DNA of 64,000 nucleotides, taken from assembly GCA_963724385.1 (NCBI GenBank), contig CAVRUJ010000001.1, forward strand, positions 1,154,896 to 1,218,895. The letters are read 5' to 3'. Origin of the DNA: an uncultured Alphaproteobacteria bacterium (lineage in GTDB: Bacteria; Pseudomonadota; Alphaproteobacteria; Dongiales; Dongiaceae). This document shows, in pieces, positions 63,931 through 64,000 of this stretch. The position numbers were made by a program, and so were the translations under genes. How positions within the stretch are numbered: the stretch's first letter is position 1; each line of letters starts with the position of its first letter. The notes under the pieces are model-generated. The model ran no database searches. It was not told the DNA's origin and saw only the letters and a list, made by a program, of their open reading frames with translations.

Positions 63931-64000
63931 CCGAAGGCTGGTCCCCCCGCCTGGCGGGGACGCAAAACCGGCCGCCTGCGCTTTTTGACCTCAACCCTCA

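Larger units (their letters stand above)
40227..64000. mobile_element. lambda-like prophage integrated at the 3' end of tRNA-Phe; right end lies outside the window
   Basis: Integrase, excisionase, leftward early operon, CI/Cro switch, primase/helicase module, terS, terL (GpA type), gpW, lambda-type portal, S49 protease, scaffold and decoration genes occur in canonical order. No attR copy was seen in the window. Confidence 0.85.

Noticed and set aside
63935-63990. GTCCCC...GGGGAC hairpin and a TTTTT run near the window end, as a terminator
   Set aside because: The stem adjacent to the T-run is only about 5 bp with a long loop. The region is probably still inside, or between, frameshifted head genes.

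Overview
This is GC-rich DNA (mid-60s % by eye, not computed) with gene content and synteny typical of an alphaproteobacterial chromosome. All family calls come from motifs I recognised by eye in the supplied ORF translations; no searches were run.

Layout:
- 0-40 kb is chromosome. It holds a sugar-binding protein, a frameshifted GntR regulator and a TauD-like dioxygenase.
- A long minus-strand cluster (5.7-14.8 kb) follows. In it, two paralogous AAA+ ATPases with MshEN-like (c-di-GMP-receptor-type) N-termini bracket a hydratase, an acyl-adenylate ligase and a GT11 fucosyltransferase-like gene.
- 17.6-23.7 kb is an ABC/SIS/PfkB operon that looks like Amadori-compound (fructosamine) catabolism.
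- 23.7-26.1 kb is a Prs-like / DUF3775 / PRTase trio.
- 31-36.6 kb is the conserved block murA, DUF2948, hisG, UPF0262, LMW-PTP, infA, maf, rng-like, yacG.
- tRNA-Phe(GAA) lies at 40151..40226. A lambda-like prophage is integrated directly beside it and runs off the right edge. It carries int/xis, a leftward early operon, a CI/Cro switch, a replication module, then terS, terL (GpA type), gpW, portal, S49 protease, scaffold and decoration genes.

Most notable observations:
1. The MshEN-AAA+ paralogue-bracketed cassette.
2. A 24/29-identical promoter/operator module at both PL and PR, with five TTGCC-N5-GGCAA-type sites.
3. A TGGAG(G/C)AAT iteron field with a perfect 26-bp inverted repeat, a candidate phage origin.
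4. A 16-nt poly-C tract at the portal/protease junction.
5. A very high, localised density of frameshifts from about 45.4 kb onward, against only two in the 40 kb of chromosome.
6. A roughly 105-bp structured intergenic repeat present twice.

No CRISPR array, rRNA or IS element was seen.
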